A stretch of DNA of 58,540 nucleotides, filler included, from Basidiobolus ranarum (lineage: Eukaryota), in assembly GCA_040143965.1 (NCBI GenBank). It is 5 parts of 5 records of this genome, joined end to end, with 100 filler letters (N's around TTAATTAATTAA, not from the genome) between each part and the next. Parts side by side here need not be neighbours in the genome. Positions count along the whole stretch, not along the records: positions 11,758 to 23,398 come from JASJQH010000599.1; positions 23,499 to 35,136 come from JASJQH010000600.1; 3 more parts are not named here. One strand, 5' to 3'. Position 1 is the first letter of the stretch. Each line of letters opens with the position of its first letter. The position numbers and the translations under genes were made by a program. Shown here piece after piece: positions 11,860 through 24,398 of this stretch. Under the pieces are notes generated by a model. It ran no database searches, was not told the DNA's origin, and saw only the letters and a program-made list of their open reading frames with translations.

Positions 11860-14648
11860 ACAAGTCTAATCCACATTGGATCAATTGGTGTTGACGGGGG
11901 CTTGCTGTTCTCCATGTTGAAGCATTTTAGGTTTTTGCGAATACATCTAGACTGATCAACATGGTTTATGGATTGAGTTTATCTCTCCTGATTTAGAGTC
12001 CATGGAAATTACTTAATTCATCCATATCAGTCAATTGAAATTGTTTTGCAAAGCAGAGGTTTGTCTGATTGAGTGCTTCTAGACCATATGTGTGAACAAT
12101 CCAGTCATCCACATATAATGCAAAGATAAGGTTCCTGTTTCTGGTTGTTTCATGCAAATATTTTGATCTGGTGTGAATTTTTGAAAATCCAATGATTCAA
12201 AATAAGCATTGCTCTTGAAAATTCATCAGACTTTGTTTCTTCCCATAATACTAATTTATGACACTCCAGAGCTTGCTATAGAGTCTATAGTCTGTTACAG
12301 AATGCTTTGTAAGTGCAGACATCTTCTTTCAAATAATTCCATCAGTTCACTGGCTTATTTCTCTCTCTGAATGATCTTTAGGGTTCTAGATGATCCTTTG
12401 ATGTAGCTGAGGCTGGAATTCTGGTTGAATTGAGTCCACATACTGCTGGAACTTTGTCATGCACTTCACAATTAGTGTTGATTGTATTTTTCAGGATCCA
12501 GAGCTGTGATTTGCAGTGAAAAATTAGTTTTTTCATCAAAAGTTATATCTCAGCACTTACGCTACTAGAACTTTTGGTATCATGCAGTCTGAAGTCCTTA
12601 GATCCATCACAGTAACCAAGATATATGCATTTCCTGCTTTCAGGTCCCAGTTTAGAGTATGTTTGAGCTGGAATCAGGCAATATGTTGTGCAGCCTAAGT
12701 TCCTAAGATGATCCACACTCAGCTTGCATCCATATAGGACTTCATTAGGGTAGTAGCAATCTTGTTGAGCATCTGGATTTGATATATATAACAGTGAAAA
12801 TAGATTAGGCCGAATATTAGTAATCTAAATTTTAATCAGCCCAATATTGGTAATCTTACTTTTGATCTTGTAATATTGATCCTGCCATCTCCACTGTAAT
12901 CCCATTAGCACATTATGCAACTCCATTTTGCTGTAGAGTATAAGGTACAATAGTTTATTGCTTAATTCCATGTTTAGAGCAAAAGCTGGCAAAGTCTTTG
13001 GTGCAGTATTCTCCACCATTATCACTGCTCAGTACCTGTATTCTTTCCAGTGATTCTTTCTCAACCCTTGCTTGATGGTGCTTGAATGTAGCTAAGGCTT
13101 CAGATCTTGATTTGAGAAAGAATGTCCAAGTTTATCTTGTTTTGTCATACACAAGGATAATGAAGTACCTGTTGCCACTCAGTGAGATGTTTTTTATGTA
13201 CTCACGTAGGTCACAATGAATCCAGGCAAATTTTTTATTTCATCTACTCTTTCTGGAGCTTAAAAATAGCCGCCTGTGATGGTTTTATTTTATGAATCCT
13301 TCGCATAATTCCTATTGAATTATATTTTTAATTTCTCAGCCTGAAAAAAGCTGATTTTATAACATTTGGGTTAGTTTTTGTTCTCCAATATGGCCAATTC
13401 TTCTATGCTACATTTGACCATTTATTGCACCTATTTTGGCCCAGTTTGTATGTTCCCATTGTACTTAGTTGATTTCCAGTTTACATACATCTTGAGCTTT
13501 GATCAAAGTAGCAGGCTTAATAGTAATATGAACTGTGATAGTGCAACCAGCCTTGCTGAGCACAAAATATAGCCCTTGAGCAGTTGCTTGGCTGACTGAT
13601 AGGAGATTCTTGGCTATATTTTGTATATATCATATATCATCCATCTTGCAGAGTGTGTAGCTGGATTTTGATATACACAGATCATAATTGTGTTCTCACT
13701 AACTGCATCTAGTGTATAGTTGTAACTGAAGTGGACTTTTCTTGTTTGGGATGGTTGTAAGCTGGAAAACCAATCTCTCTTGTTTGACATATGTAGGAAA
13801 GCTACTAAATGAATAAGCACATTTCTGAGCCTTCCTTAATTGTTACTGATAGGTCAGACACAAATTGATGATCCCATCAGAGCTTACTTGATTTGCTGGC
13901 TCCACTTTAACTTTTTGGCAAAAATTCTCTTTGAGCAAGCTTGGATAAAATGGCCTGCTTTCTTGCAGTATTTGATGATTAATTACCTATTAGGGGTACC
14001 AATACTTTAGGCCTGTTTCATGTTTTACAGTTCCGATAAAAATTTGATCTGCATTATCTTACTGAGAATTAGATCTCCTTAATTGCTAATTAAAAAGCCT
14101 GGCTTCAGTAAATTCATTTGCTAATGGCTCTGATCTTGAATTTAGGACAATTACAAGACTATTAAACAAGTCTGGCAGGTTCTCCAGTAGTGACATGACT
14201 ATGTTATCTTCATTCAGAGGTGCTCCAATGGAAGAAAGCCCATCTGCCATAGCTTGGATCCAATTGTATTGATTAGGCATATAATCACCAGATTTGTCTG
14301 AATTGAGAATAATCTTTTTCTACTATATAGCCCATAAGCTAGACTTTTAGTCTTACAGAGTCTCTCATATCTGTTCTAAGCATTTTAGACATTCTTGGTC
14401 AAATATATGTGCCTCACTTGAGAGTCCCTAAAGTGTAGACAAAGTGTACAAGGTACTTTCTTCTGACTCCTGTGAAAGGCTAGGATAGCTTTGGATGATC
14501 CCTTTGGCTCTGATTCTTCTCCTGCAAAAAATCACCCAAGGTTCTTGTCTCCTAGTGCCATTTGCATCTTGAATTTCTCAAGATAAAAGGCTTCACCATC
14601 AAGCTTTTCTGCGGATGGAAAAATATTGGTAATAGTTCTTGTGGACAT
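11860..14648 (-). mobile_element. Degenerate Ty1/copia gag-pol (gag, integrase, N-terminal and central RT)
   Basis: Gag start MST..AEKLDGEAFYLEKFKMQMALGDKNL at 14648; UBN2-like SLLENLPDLFNSLVIVL; integrase IHCDL..SGNRYFIILVYDKTR*TWTFFLKSRSEA..SDNGGEY..QQNGVA (~13220-12870); RT FALYVDD at 12104-12115; many stops and frameshifts. Confidence 0.9.
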
Positions 14649-14664
14649 TCCTTTAACAGCTACC

Positions 14665-14760
14665 CTGGGACTTGTAACCTGGTAAATGTGTTTCAGGGAT
14701 TCTGCAGTGTTGCAGACAAATAATGAGCTGCTATATACCTAATCTCAAAATTCCCACCCA
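14665..14760 (-). repeat. Putative short LTR (14680-14750) with PPT-like tract (14751-14760) and copia-type PBS-like motif (14665-14679)
   Basis: Minus strand reads TGGGTGGGAA / TTTTGAG...TTTACCA / GGTTACAAGTCCCAG; the last resembles the internal tRNAi-Met PBS GGTTATGRGCCC of copia elements. Confidence 0.45.
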
Positions 14761-14796
14761 GCTACCATTTTTTTGTATCTCTGTCAAACCTAACTT

Positions 14797-15445
14797 CTAT
14801 CTTAATAATTTAAATTGTTCTTTAGCTAAAGGTTTAGTTAAGACATAAGCAATCCTTTCTTCAGCAGTACAATAGACAAGTTCAATTATATCATTCTCTA
14901 TTGCTTCTTTGACAAACTGAAGCCTTATATCTGTTTGATGTGTTACAGCATGAAATGAAGTGGTTCTAGCTAATGAAATACAACTTTGATTTTCCTCAAA
15001 TACAGAAATAGAGCATTTTTGCTTATATCCTAAGTCTGTAAACAACTTCCTCAACCACAGAGCTTCTTGCATAGTAGCAGAGGCAGCTATATACCCTGGT
15101 TCTGTAGTGAAAAGTACAGTACTTGGTTGCTTCTTACTATTCCAAGTTAAGGATTCATTACCATAGAGAACAGTGTACCCAATTGTTGACCTTATGTCAT
15201 CAAGGTAGAAACCATACCCACTCTGCATCACTGTTGCCATGAGACTGTGTTCATCAGCAGTGCCAGACTATTCCAGAATTAGATCTACAGCTCTCCTCAA
15301 ATACCTGAATATTTAGTATTGCTTCAGTTTAATACTCTGATCCTGGGTTTTTGAGATATTGGCTGTAAGTTCACACTGCCACAGCAATGTCAGGATATAT
15401 TCCAGTTGTTGCATACAATAAACTACCCATCACAAATTGCTCAGA
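14797..15445 (-). mobile_element. Ty1/copia RT C-terminus plus RNase H, degenerate
   Basis: MGSLLYATTGIYPDIAVAV*TYSQYLKNPG..FRYL; RSTIGY..TWNSKKQPSTVLFTTEPGYIAA..QEALWLRKL..ENQSCISLA..DIRLQFVKE..VLTKPLAKEQF. Confidence 0.9.
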
Positions 15446-15619
15446 TATATTTTAGTTACAAATAAAGAACTACATACTTGACATGCTGTTGACTAGTTGC
15501 TATGTATAGCTCAGGCATTAGACCCTAACAGAAAGTTGAGGGTTGTTGTTGGAAGAAAACTGTCACAATATTAATCCATATTGGATTGACTGTTCACTTG
15601 CCATCATAAAATCATCAAG

Positions 15620-17760
15620 TTAGAATTGCTTTTAATCAAATATTTTAGTTTCAGGAGTGAAATTTCAAGATTTTGCAAAAAAGGTTGTGTACAATTGGCT
15701 ACAATCTCCGAGAGCAATGGAGCCACACTTTTGCAAATACCTAACTCAACTTTACATATCTACCACTTGGATGTTGATTTGTCACCTTCAAAAATCACCA
15801 ATTTCTTAGACACCTGCTGAATATTTGTACAGAGTTCTTCAGAGCCAAGGTTTAACTCATACTCAGCACAAGATTTTATCAATCTCTCCATCAAAGCCCA
15901 CCAATGTATTAATGTTGCTGAATCAACATTCTTCCAGATATCTGGAGGATACCCTGCAATATTGTGTCACTCTGTATTTAGTACTTGCCAAATATCAGCA
16001 TGGTCAACATCAGACTGAATGTCAAGTTGAATGTACTTCTTCTGAAGCCACTTTCTGCATACTTTACACTCTTCCAGCTATTGGGCAGATGCCCTTCAAT
16101 TTTGTGCTGCACTGTATTAAGCTCTTCCCAGATATTTATATGGTCAACACCAAACTGAATGTTCTTCTTCTGAAGCTGCTATCTATTTACTTGCACACGG
16201 TTTTTGTCTGCATACTTTTGAAAATGTTCCACAGGCACTTATCAATTTTTATATATTCTTTTAGTGTGACACTACTGTGGGTGCTTTGGGGTGTTTGTGT
16301 GGCTTTCTGCTTGCCTTTAAGTTTTTGGGCTAATTTCAGCACTTTGAAAAGTACTGGTTGAAGTTGGAGAGCAGAGAGCTTTGTTTGCAGATGCCTTAGC
16401 TTGCTGAGAGATACCAGGTGTTGGATAAACTTCCAAATTTAGCACTGTTCCAACTGGTGTACTTGCTTGCATGGTAAAATTCAGCCTGTTTGCCAGTCTA
16501 TCTGCTGGTATATCTGACTTTAAAAGTATAGGTTTTTGTATTGGTATGATGAACTTGGTAAGTGGGACAATAGAGCCCTAACTCACTGGCTTCTTTGCTT
16601 TTATCTTGGGTCTATTTCCTTCCAGCTCTTTGAGTTCATCTTTAGCTGCTGTCATTCTTTTCCAAGTCAATAATACCCTACTTTATTGACATATTTCATA
16701 AACAGGCCTATACTAGCCCATTTGCCATAGGCTTGCAGAAACCCAAGATATGCCATATGAAATAAGTCAAGAACCTTGAGCTATGCTTGGTTTTTGGTTT
16801 TTCAATAATTGGCTCAAATCCAGGCAATTTTGGGCAAGATTTCACACAGTTTCCAAAAAGCTATATCATTCAATATCAGGGCAAGTGACAGAAGTGCTGG
16901 CACTCTGACTCTTTAGGTTGGCTGGTTTTCCTATGAAATATCTGCTTTCATGTGCCCAAGCATTTTTGGGTTATTTTGTAGGCATAATGGTGCAAGACAT
17001 AATCTGCTCTGCTGAATTGTCAAGGTGACATTTGTATATATGTTATGGCATTGATTGAAATTCTGTACACAAATTCATGGAGAGATCTGAATGTTGCTAT
17101 AGCTCAAGTACAGCATTCTGACGATCTTATATCATTGTTGAGTGCCTGTCTGACTGATGACTAGTTGTTTCAGAATGCTGCATTAATGTGATATTTGGTG
17201 TTATTACTTGTCAGAGCATATATAGCAGCTCTGTTGTTTTTACTTTTTATTGGATACAAATCATTATAGTGTTCTGCCTAAGATTCCCTTGTTATATTTA
17301 TTCTATCCTAATTGTTTACAGAGGGATATTTAACAGTTAGCAAAGTCAGCAATTTGGAAGTTGCTGGTCTTGACAGTGCTTCTATTGGGCTTGACTTAAC
17401 TATCAATTTATTATATAATTAGGGTACTTTAATCATGTAACTTGCCCAATTGCTAGAGGGGGAAACATCTGGTGATTTAATTAATGCTTCATCATTTCTT
17501 TTGTTAGTGTGTGGCATGTTAATACCTTCCAAGGTGGCTAGTGGATATCTGGACCTCTCATCAATTAAGTCTTCCATTCTTGCTGGTTTTTTCCATTCAT
17601 GCCAGTAGGCATTTGCTTGGAAGCCTACTTTAATTTTGATTTTGAACACTTTTTCAAAGGCATTGAACCACTCAGATGGTAATGTAGATGTAAAGAAGTT
17701 GCTTAGAAAAAGCTTTTTATAAACCAAAATTGCTATTCTATACTGGTAATATCTTGTATA
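15620..17760 (-). mobile_element. Heavily degenerate Ty3/gypsy-like gag and aspartic protease remnant
   Basis: Gag-like LPSEWFNAFEKVF..QANAYWHEW (17419-17727); LYCPTYQVHH knuckle-like segment (~16560); protease-like ELNLG..LVIFEGDKS..KVELGI..IVANCTQPFL (~15860-15670); CpG-depleted. Confidence 0.45.
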
Positions 17761-17829
17761 TCCCCTGATGACTCATCTTTAATGCCATCTCAGAGTCAAC
17801 TGATGTTATTGATTGGATGTACCTAAAAC

Positions 17830-18460
17830 TTAAGTGTCTAATTCACCAATCCAAATCTTGTCCAAAACACTTCCAAATCCCCTGAACACTTTTATTAGAT
17901 ACCACCCATATGTAGTGGGTGTTCTTCTTCTACAATATCCTTCTCTTGCTGCAATACAAATGTTAAGAAAAGCCCTGCTATTATTGTTGCAAATTCTTGT
18001 ACTATGAAAGTTAGAGGCTTCATAGAAAAATAATCACAAGTGCAGTCACTATACAAAGCTACCAGCTGCACAGAGCCTGTTGAGTATCATTATGAATAAG
18101 TGCACTAAATTGGCTTTAGTTTTTTGCACTGAGCACATTGGCTGTGCTTTATCTCAAAGTTTGGTAATGGAGCTGAAAGTCAAGATACCATGCAGTTTCC
18201 ATAGTTATATGACCATAATAGTGTAGGGAGAGGTGAAATTTGGTTGAACCAGTCAGTTCAGAAAACTTTGAGGACATACTGCTAGATGTTGACCTTGGAT
18301 ATTCCACTACTGATGGCAATAGATGAGAAGCTGAACAAGACAATGATTTAGTTACAAACACTTTGTTATTGGCAAGTATTAGTCTACTCATAACACTGAG
18401 AGTAGAACAAGCAGCTTTAATTATTGGCAAGCGCAGAGTTTGATCTAATCTTAGCAACCA
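17830..18460 (-). mobile_element. Possible non-LTR retrotransposon 3' fragment (zf-RVT-like)
   Basis: AWYLDFQLHYQTL followed, after a frameshift, by HSQCAQCKKTKANLVHLF, resembling the W..LH..L..CxxC....HLF motif of LINE ORF2; very degenerate. Confidence 0.25.
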
Positions 18461-19399
18461 GATGTTTATTTGTGTTCTTGCACTTTTACCACAGTTGATT
18501 TGTGTTGTGCATCAACATACAAAGTTGTTTAACTTATACCATATCTATATAACCTGCATGAGCATCTGTTTTGTTTATCATGATTGCTAACTAGTTACCT
18601 GACCTCATCCAGTGACTTTATCATATGACTTCTCACATGACTAACTATCTATTCTCTGATCCCTTCTATCATATCATATGACAAATTTTATGCTCATTAT
18701 CCGATCAGTGTTAACCTCTAAGTCCTCTCCCTAGACACTAGTCAATATGAGTCACAAGACTCATAGCCAATGATCTTTCTCTGGCATGACTTCAGCTGAT
18801 GCATGCCTCACTGATCTATCTATCCAATCAGATTTTCTTTTATCAGAATAAGTCATCTAGTGTCTTGGTGCTGACTAATTCACTTTGCTATCAAAAAGTA
18901 TAAATAAAGCTAACTGAACCTCTTGGTTTGGTATATGTCTCAACAAATATAGGATCTCAAAACTTCTCAGTGTTTCACAACAAATTCAATAATCCCCTCT
19001 CATTTCTATCCAAGCCTATTATCCACTAGCACCAACAGAACACCAAGCCTAGTTGCCTGGCTGCCTAGCAAACCTACTCTCTACCATAACATAGCAACCC
19101 ACTGCTATTCCTAAGTCATATTTTAGTTAGATCTGCTCTGCTAATATATCATGCTTAAACAGTTCTAAGATTCTGTACTTAACTGTTTCTTTGGAACAGT
19201 AAAGTTCAAGACTTTTTATCCATCATTCTCTTGGACACAACAATTGGTATTTGCGGGTTACCACAGACCTGGTATCAGTGGAAAATACTTGTCAATCAGA
19301 TAACTTATGATCCTTGAGTAATTATACAAACTTCAAGCTCAAATGATTGTTTGGCTTACAGGTTTTCTGACATTTTTACCACAGATTGCTTTGCAACTG

Positions 19400-21150
19400 T
19401 TGCTTGCCATGGACCAGGTATAAGTGGAAAATACGTATTATTTGTATAATTATGATCCTTCAGCCATTAAACTACCTGCATGTTCAAATGGTTGTGTGGC
19501 TTTCACCAGCAATCTGAATAACCTGAAGTCCTGTACTCTGTGCACACAATTGGTGATCACTAAATCAGGTAAACATCATTCACACTCTGTATATATACAA
19601 TTGATTCTTCATCTCAAAGTTAGGATGAAATCACTCACATAGAGATCATTGATCCAGTACCAAAGTATTCACCATAAAGCTGATGGTATAACAAATGTAC
19701 TTGAAGGATATCACTACTTGAATTCAAGAAGTCAAGGTTTCTTTGTAAACACTTTTGTTCATGCATTTACATTGGCTCTGGATGGTTTCTCACAAAACAA
19801 ATATATTGATAAAAAGGCTTGCCAGCCAATAATTTCAACTCACTGAAATCCTCCTCCTTCTGAATGAGATAAGAGTCATAATATTCTGATACTATTCATC
19901 ATATCTCAACCTAAATAACCTATGCTTATAGATAGCAGCTTGTATCCTTTGATTGTACTATTTGAATGGTTATCAAATGTGGCTCAGATGGGCAATTATT
20001 TTTTTTAAGCTATGCCATTGTTTGTAATGGTGACACTGCCACCATCAGTAAACTTGGAGGTTTTATGGGCACAATGCACTATCTTGCTGTATATTCTGTC
20101 AGATTGATGGAGTTTACTCCACCAGGCATGCATCTTACTACTATCCATATACAACACTAAATTCAATGATTTTACTTTCAAGAGCTCAGTCAGATTTGGA
20201 CATGGGCACTAATATCAATTCACTAAAGAGTCAGCCTGCAATCAAACTTGGGATTAGCAGCTAGCCTACAATTATATTGCTAAAGGGGATCAGCTGGACC
20301 CAGAGCTTTTGATTTTGCACTATGCACTTACTATTCAAGAACATTCTAACATGATGTACCCAGCTGTATAGTGTGAAATTCAATATGAATGAGCTATACA
20401 AGATAGGGTGAAGGTTTGAATCAATGAGAAAAATGATTGAAAATGTCAAGCTCCCATCATATCTTACCAGGAATCCCATCAATATCCACCCATCTAGGTG
20501 CTTATTCTTATGCAAAGACTGGAAGTATGTAATTTGTACATATTGAAGTTTAATCTTGGAAAGATTTCTGCCTGATTAGTGTTGGCAACATTGGGAGTTG
20601 TTTGCTGATAAAGTAATATATTTTTATGGCATCAACTCCCATGGGCAGATCTCAGGCATGTACTGCAACTGTGCAAAGATTTTATAATTTGATATGAGAA
20701 ACCTTATTGCAGGTTGAAAACAATAGACTGAATTGAAGCTGATATTCAACATATTCCAGCTGTGTCTTTCACAATGCCTAGAGATTGTAGGGCTTGGCTA
20801 TTCATGCTGGAGTTTCCCATGCAATATACCTGAGGTGAAATGAAGCTCCATATCAAATTGTCCATATTACCATATCCTAATCCCATTAACAATGTATCAG
20901 CAAAATCAGTGATGATTGTAATATAATAGGTTAAGAAGACTGCAGACTGTATAAACTTTCCAACACAGGGCTCTTTTCTATATGCTCATGGGTATTCACA
21001 TTTTTTGAGCATGATAACAAAGACAAACCCAATCTATGGACACAGAGTAAGTACCTCCATAATTTGAACTATTTTGTGCATGTGACAACCTAAAGGTGTT
21101 GTTATGAAAGTTGCATGACAGACATTTTGGTGAGATAAATCAAGATACAA
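19400..21150 (+). mobile_element. CACTA/En-Spm (Tnp2, Transposase_21-like) transposase relic, copy 1
   Basis: ACSNGCVAF..LKSCTLC; FTLALDGF..PII; GDTATISKLGGFMGH; many stops and frameshifts. Confidence 0.75.
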
Positions 21151-21734
21151 ACATAATTATTTTAGCCATGCAGTAATCTATTTGGTCAATGATATATCTA
21201 CTAGTGGCTAGACATTTGTTGACTGCAAGTCAGGGATATTCTGGCTGAATTCTTTACGGAATTTTGACAAAATCTAAAAGCTTATTCTCATTTTCAATGG
21301 TAACAAGAGTTGGCTATTTGCCAAGTGTCAGAGCTACTCTTAATTTCAAATGTTTAGCAACTTTTCCAGCATTAGTTTTCTGGCCAATCATTTTGATGCA
21401 GCTGAGTTATGTTGGATCAGTCAAGAATGTGCCTATGTAGAAACTTAACACAATGAGATTCCTGTTTTTTTTATTCTCATTATGGCTGGAATACAAAGGC
21501 AAAAATATCTAAATAAAGGCCTGCATATTAATATGCACTCCTATAGCATTAAGCCCAGTAATTAGCCATTCAAAAGTTAGTTGTTTTCAAAAATTGTAGG
21601 TAACTAAAATATTCATGCCAAATATGCATATAAAAATTTCACTATGTACAATTACTATTATAATACCATTAGGAAGCCATTGTTTCACTGTGAAGATATC
21701 TGGCAAAATACATGCCACCAACTTTGTGATGGTT

Positions 21735-23398
21735 GTTTGGCTTCACTGGTGATCAGAAAAACATGAAGTCTTGTACTGTATGCACACAATTTGCAATCAC
21801 TGAATCAGGTAAATATTGTTCATATATGGCTTACGTACAATTGCTTCCCCATCTTAAGATTTTGATGAAATCACCCAAATATAGATTGTTGATCCAAAAC
21901 CAAAGTACTCACCATTAAGCTGATGGTATTACTAATATGCTTGATGGATATCACTACCAGAATCTGAAAAGTCAAGATTTCTTTGAGAACACATATGATC
22001 ATGCATTGGCATTGGCTCTGGAAGGTTTCTTGCTAAAGAAATATACCATTGGAAAGGCCAGCTAGCCAATAATTTTAACTAACTTAAATCTTCTTGCTTC
22101 TGTATGGTATAAGAGTCATAATATTTGATACTATCCATCATATCTGGGCCTATATCACCAGTGCTTAAAGATAGCTTCTTGGAGCCTTTGATTGCGGAAT
22201 TTGAGCAGTTATCCAATGGGGTTCACATGGGTGATTATTTTATTAAAGCTAATATCATTTTATTTATTGGTGACACTCATGCCATTAGTAAACTTGGAGG
22301 TGTTTGTGGGCACAATGCACTATCTTGCTGTATATTTTGTCAAATCAATGGAGTCTACTTAATCAGTCATACGCATTACTACCATCCAAATACAAAACTA
22401 AACTCCATGATTTTACCAGCAAGTGCCCAGTCAGATTTCAATATGATCACTTATAACAAATCATCAAATGGTCATTATAACAGCAAACTTGGTATTAGCC
22501 ATAGGCCTAAGATTATATTGCTAAGGGGGATCAGTTGGAGCCTCAGCTTCCCATTAGGCACTTTGCAAATAGTATTAAACAACATTCCAATACTACTTAC
22601 TCAGCTATATTGTGGAAATTTCAATATCAATGAGCCATTCAAGATAGGATCAAAGTTTGAATTGATTGGGAAAATGCTTGAAAACATCAAGATACCATCA
22701 TATTTTGCCAGGACTCCAATCAATATCTACTCATCTAGGCGTTTATTCAAATGCAAACACTAGAAGGATTGGATTTGTATATTTTTAAGTGGAATCTTGA
22801 AAAGATTTCTGCCTGAGAAGTACTGGCAACATTGGGAGTTGTTTGTGGATATTGTTAATGCATTCTTATGGCATCAACTCACATTGATAGTTCTCAGGCA
22901 GATAAAGCAACTGTGCAAGGATTTTGTTGTTGGATATGAAAAACATGATTACTGGTTTAAAGAAGATTGACTGAATCTATGCTGGTATTCAATATGTTCC
23001 CAGCTGCATCTTTCACAATGCTTATAGATTATAGGCCCTTGCTGTACATTCAGGGAGGTCCCAACAGAGTGCACCTGCAATGAAATGAAGCTCCATGTGA
23101 AATTGTCAGTAATACCATATGCTAACGTGATTGATAATTTTTCGGCAAAATGAGAGATGCATATAATGTGACGGGTTAAAGAGACTGCAGAGTATATTAA
23201 CCCTCAAACACAGTGCTCTTTTCAATGTGCTCATGGGTTTTTGCATTGTTTGAGCACAGCAACAGCAACTAAGCCCAATCCATGGACACAGAGTAAGTAT
23301 CTCTATAATTTAGACTAATTTGTTTGTGTAATAATCTGATGGTACTTCTATGAAAGTGGCAAGGCAGACATCTTGGTGAGATAGATAGAGATATGCAG
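21735..23398 (+). mobile_element. CACTA/En-Spm (Tnp2-like) transposase relic, copy 2, truncated at segment end
   Basis: ILSIISGP..KDSFLEPLIAEFEQLSNGV..FIGDTHAISKLGGVCGHNALSCCIFCQING; nucleotide sequence collinear with copy 1. Confidence 0.8.
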
Positions 23399-23498
23399 NN
23401 NNNNNNNNNNNNNNNNNNNNNNNNNNNNNNNNNNNNNNNNNNTTAATTAATTAANNNNNNNNNNNNNNNNNNNNNNNNNNNNNNNNNNNNNNNNNNNN
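23399..23498. other. Artificial 100-nt N linker
   Basis: N44-TTAATTAATTAA-N44. Confidence 0.97.
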
Positions 23499-23667
23499 TT
23501 TGGACACATGTTCCTGGGACCTTCCTTAACACATTTTACACATTAGTTTGCTTACATCTTGACAAAGGTAGAAATGTCAACTTTCTACTCAATAAATCAA
23601 TAAGTGAAAACCACCAATTCCTCTAATTGTCCAAACCACTTCCAACAGGCTCCCAAATACTTTAACA
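23499..23667 (-). mobile_element. MITE family copy (one end, truncated at segment start)
   Basis: Reverse complement matches ~39277-39445, including the TGTTAAAGTATTTGGGAGCCTGTTGGAAGTGG terminus. Confidence 0.85.
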
Positions 23668-24398
23668 TATATGACTATAAATGTGCTTAGGCTATGTTAA
23701 TTTCAACACTTACCACGGAGTATTCACAATTATGTATGGTGAAAGTTTCCTATTTCAAGAGGAATTGAATATGCTCAACACTTGCTACACATGTTATATC
23801 TATGTCAAGCTATAAGAAGTAGGATTATAGAATGGTATGTTGGAGTTCAGTTCAGCTTCACAGTTACATGCTCAGTTTAGACAAGGAACGCATTGTTAAA
23901 AAGGATTATCTTCATCCCAAGTTAGGATATATTGGCATTAGGACAAAACAAGTTAAATGTCACACATAGTGAGATACGATCTCAGCGAAAAACCATAATA
24001 CTTGAAGTATAGCGTTTGTGCTTCTAGTTTCAGCATCCTATCACTTAGTAATCAGGCTTCATCAGGTTAGATAGAAAGTCAGATAGAGGACTGAGGACAG
24101 TCTACACATTCGAATCAATGCATGGTCCAACCTTAAACTGTACCCTAGTATATTGATTATTACCCTTATCCCTAACCTTGTAGGTTAGACTATAATAAGA
24201 ATCATAATTTTATCTCATTTTATATTTATATATATACCCTATCCCCCTTACTCGTGATTTGGCTTATAAGTGTTGCCAATCCTAAAATTGGTTAATTTCG
24301 TTTGTGTATGTTCTTCTCCCCCTAACAAATTATTAAAAAGTCATATATCAAACCATCCTTATCTTATTCTTTTAGCGGGGCTTTCTTTCGTTAAAGAA

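Noticed and set aside
15825..16361. 178-aa plus-strand ORF
   Set aside because: Non-ATG start, antisense to the retroelement relic, no recognisable motif
17830..18030. HSTRICNNN...WYLIK segment initially suggestive of a TnpB/Fanzor zinc ribbon
   Set aside because: Careful translation gives WYLIKVFRGFG; there is no second CxxC, no RD..AA.N motif and no RuvC motifs upstream
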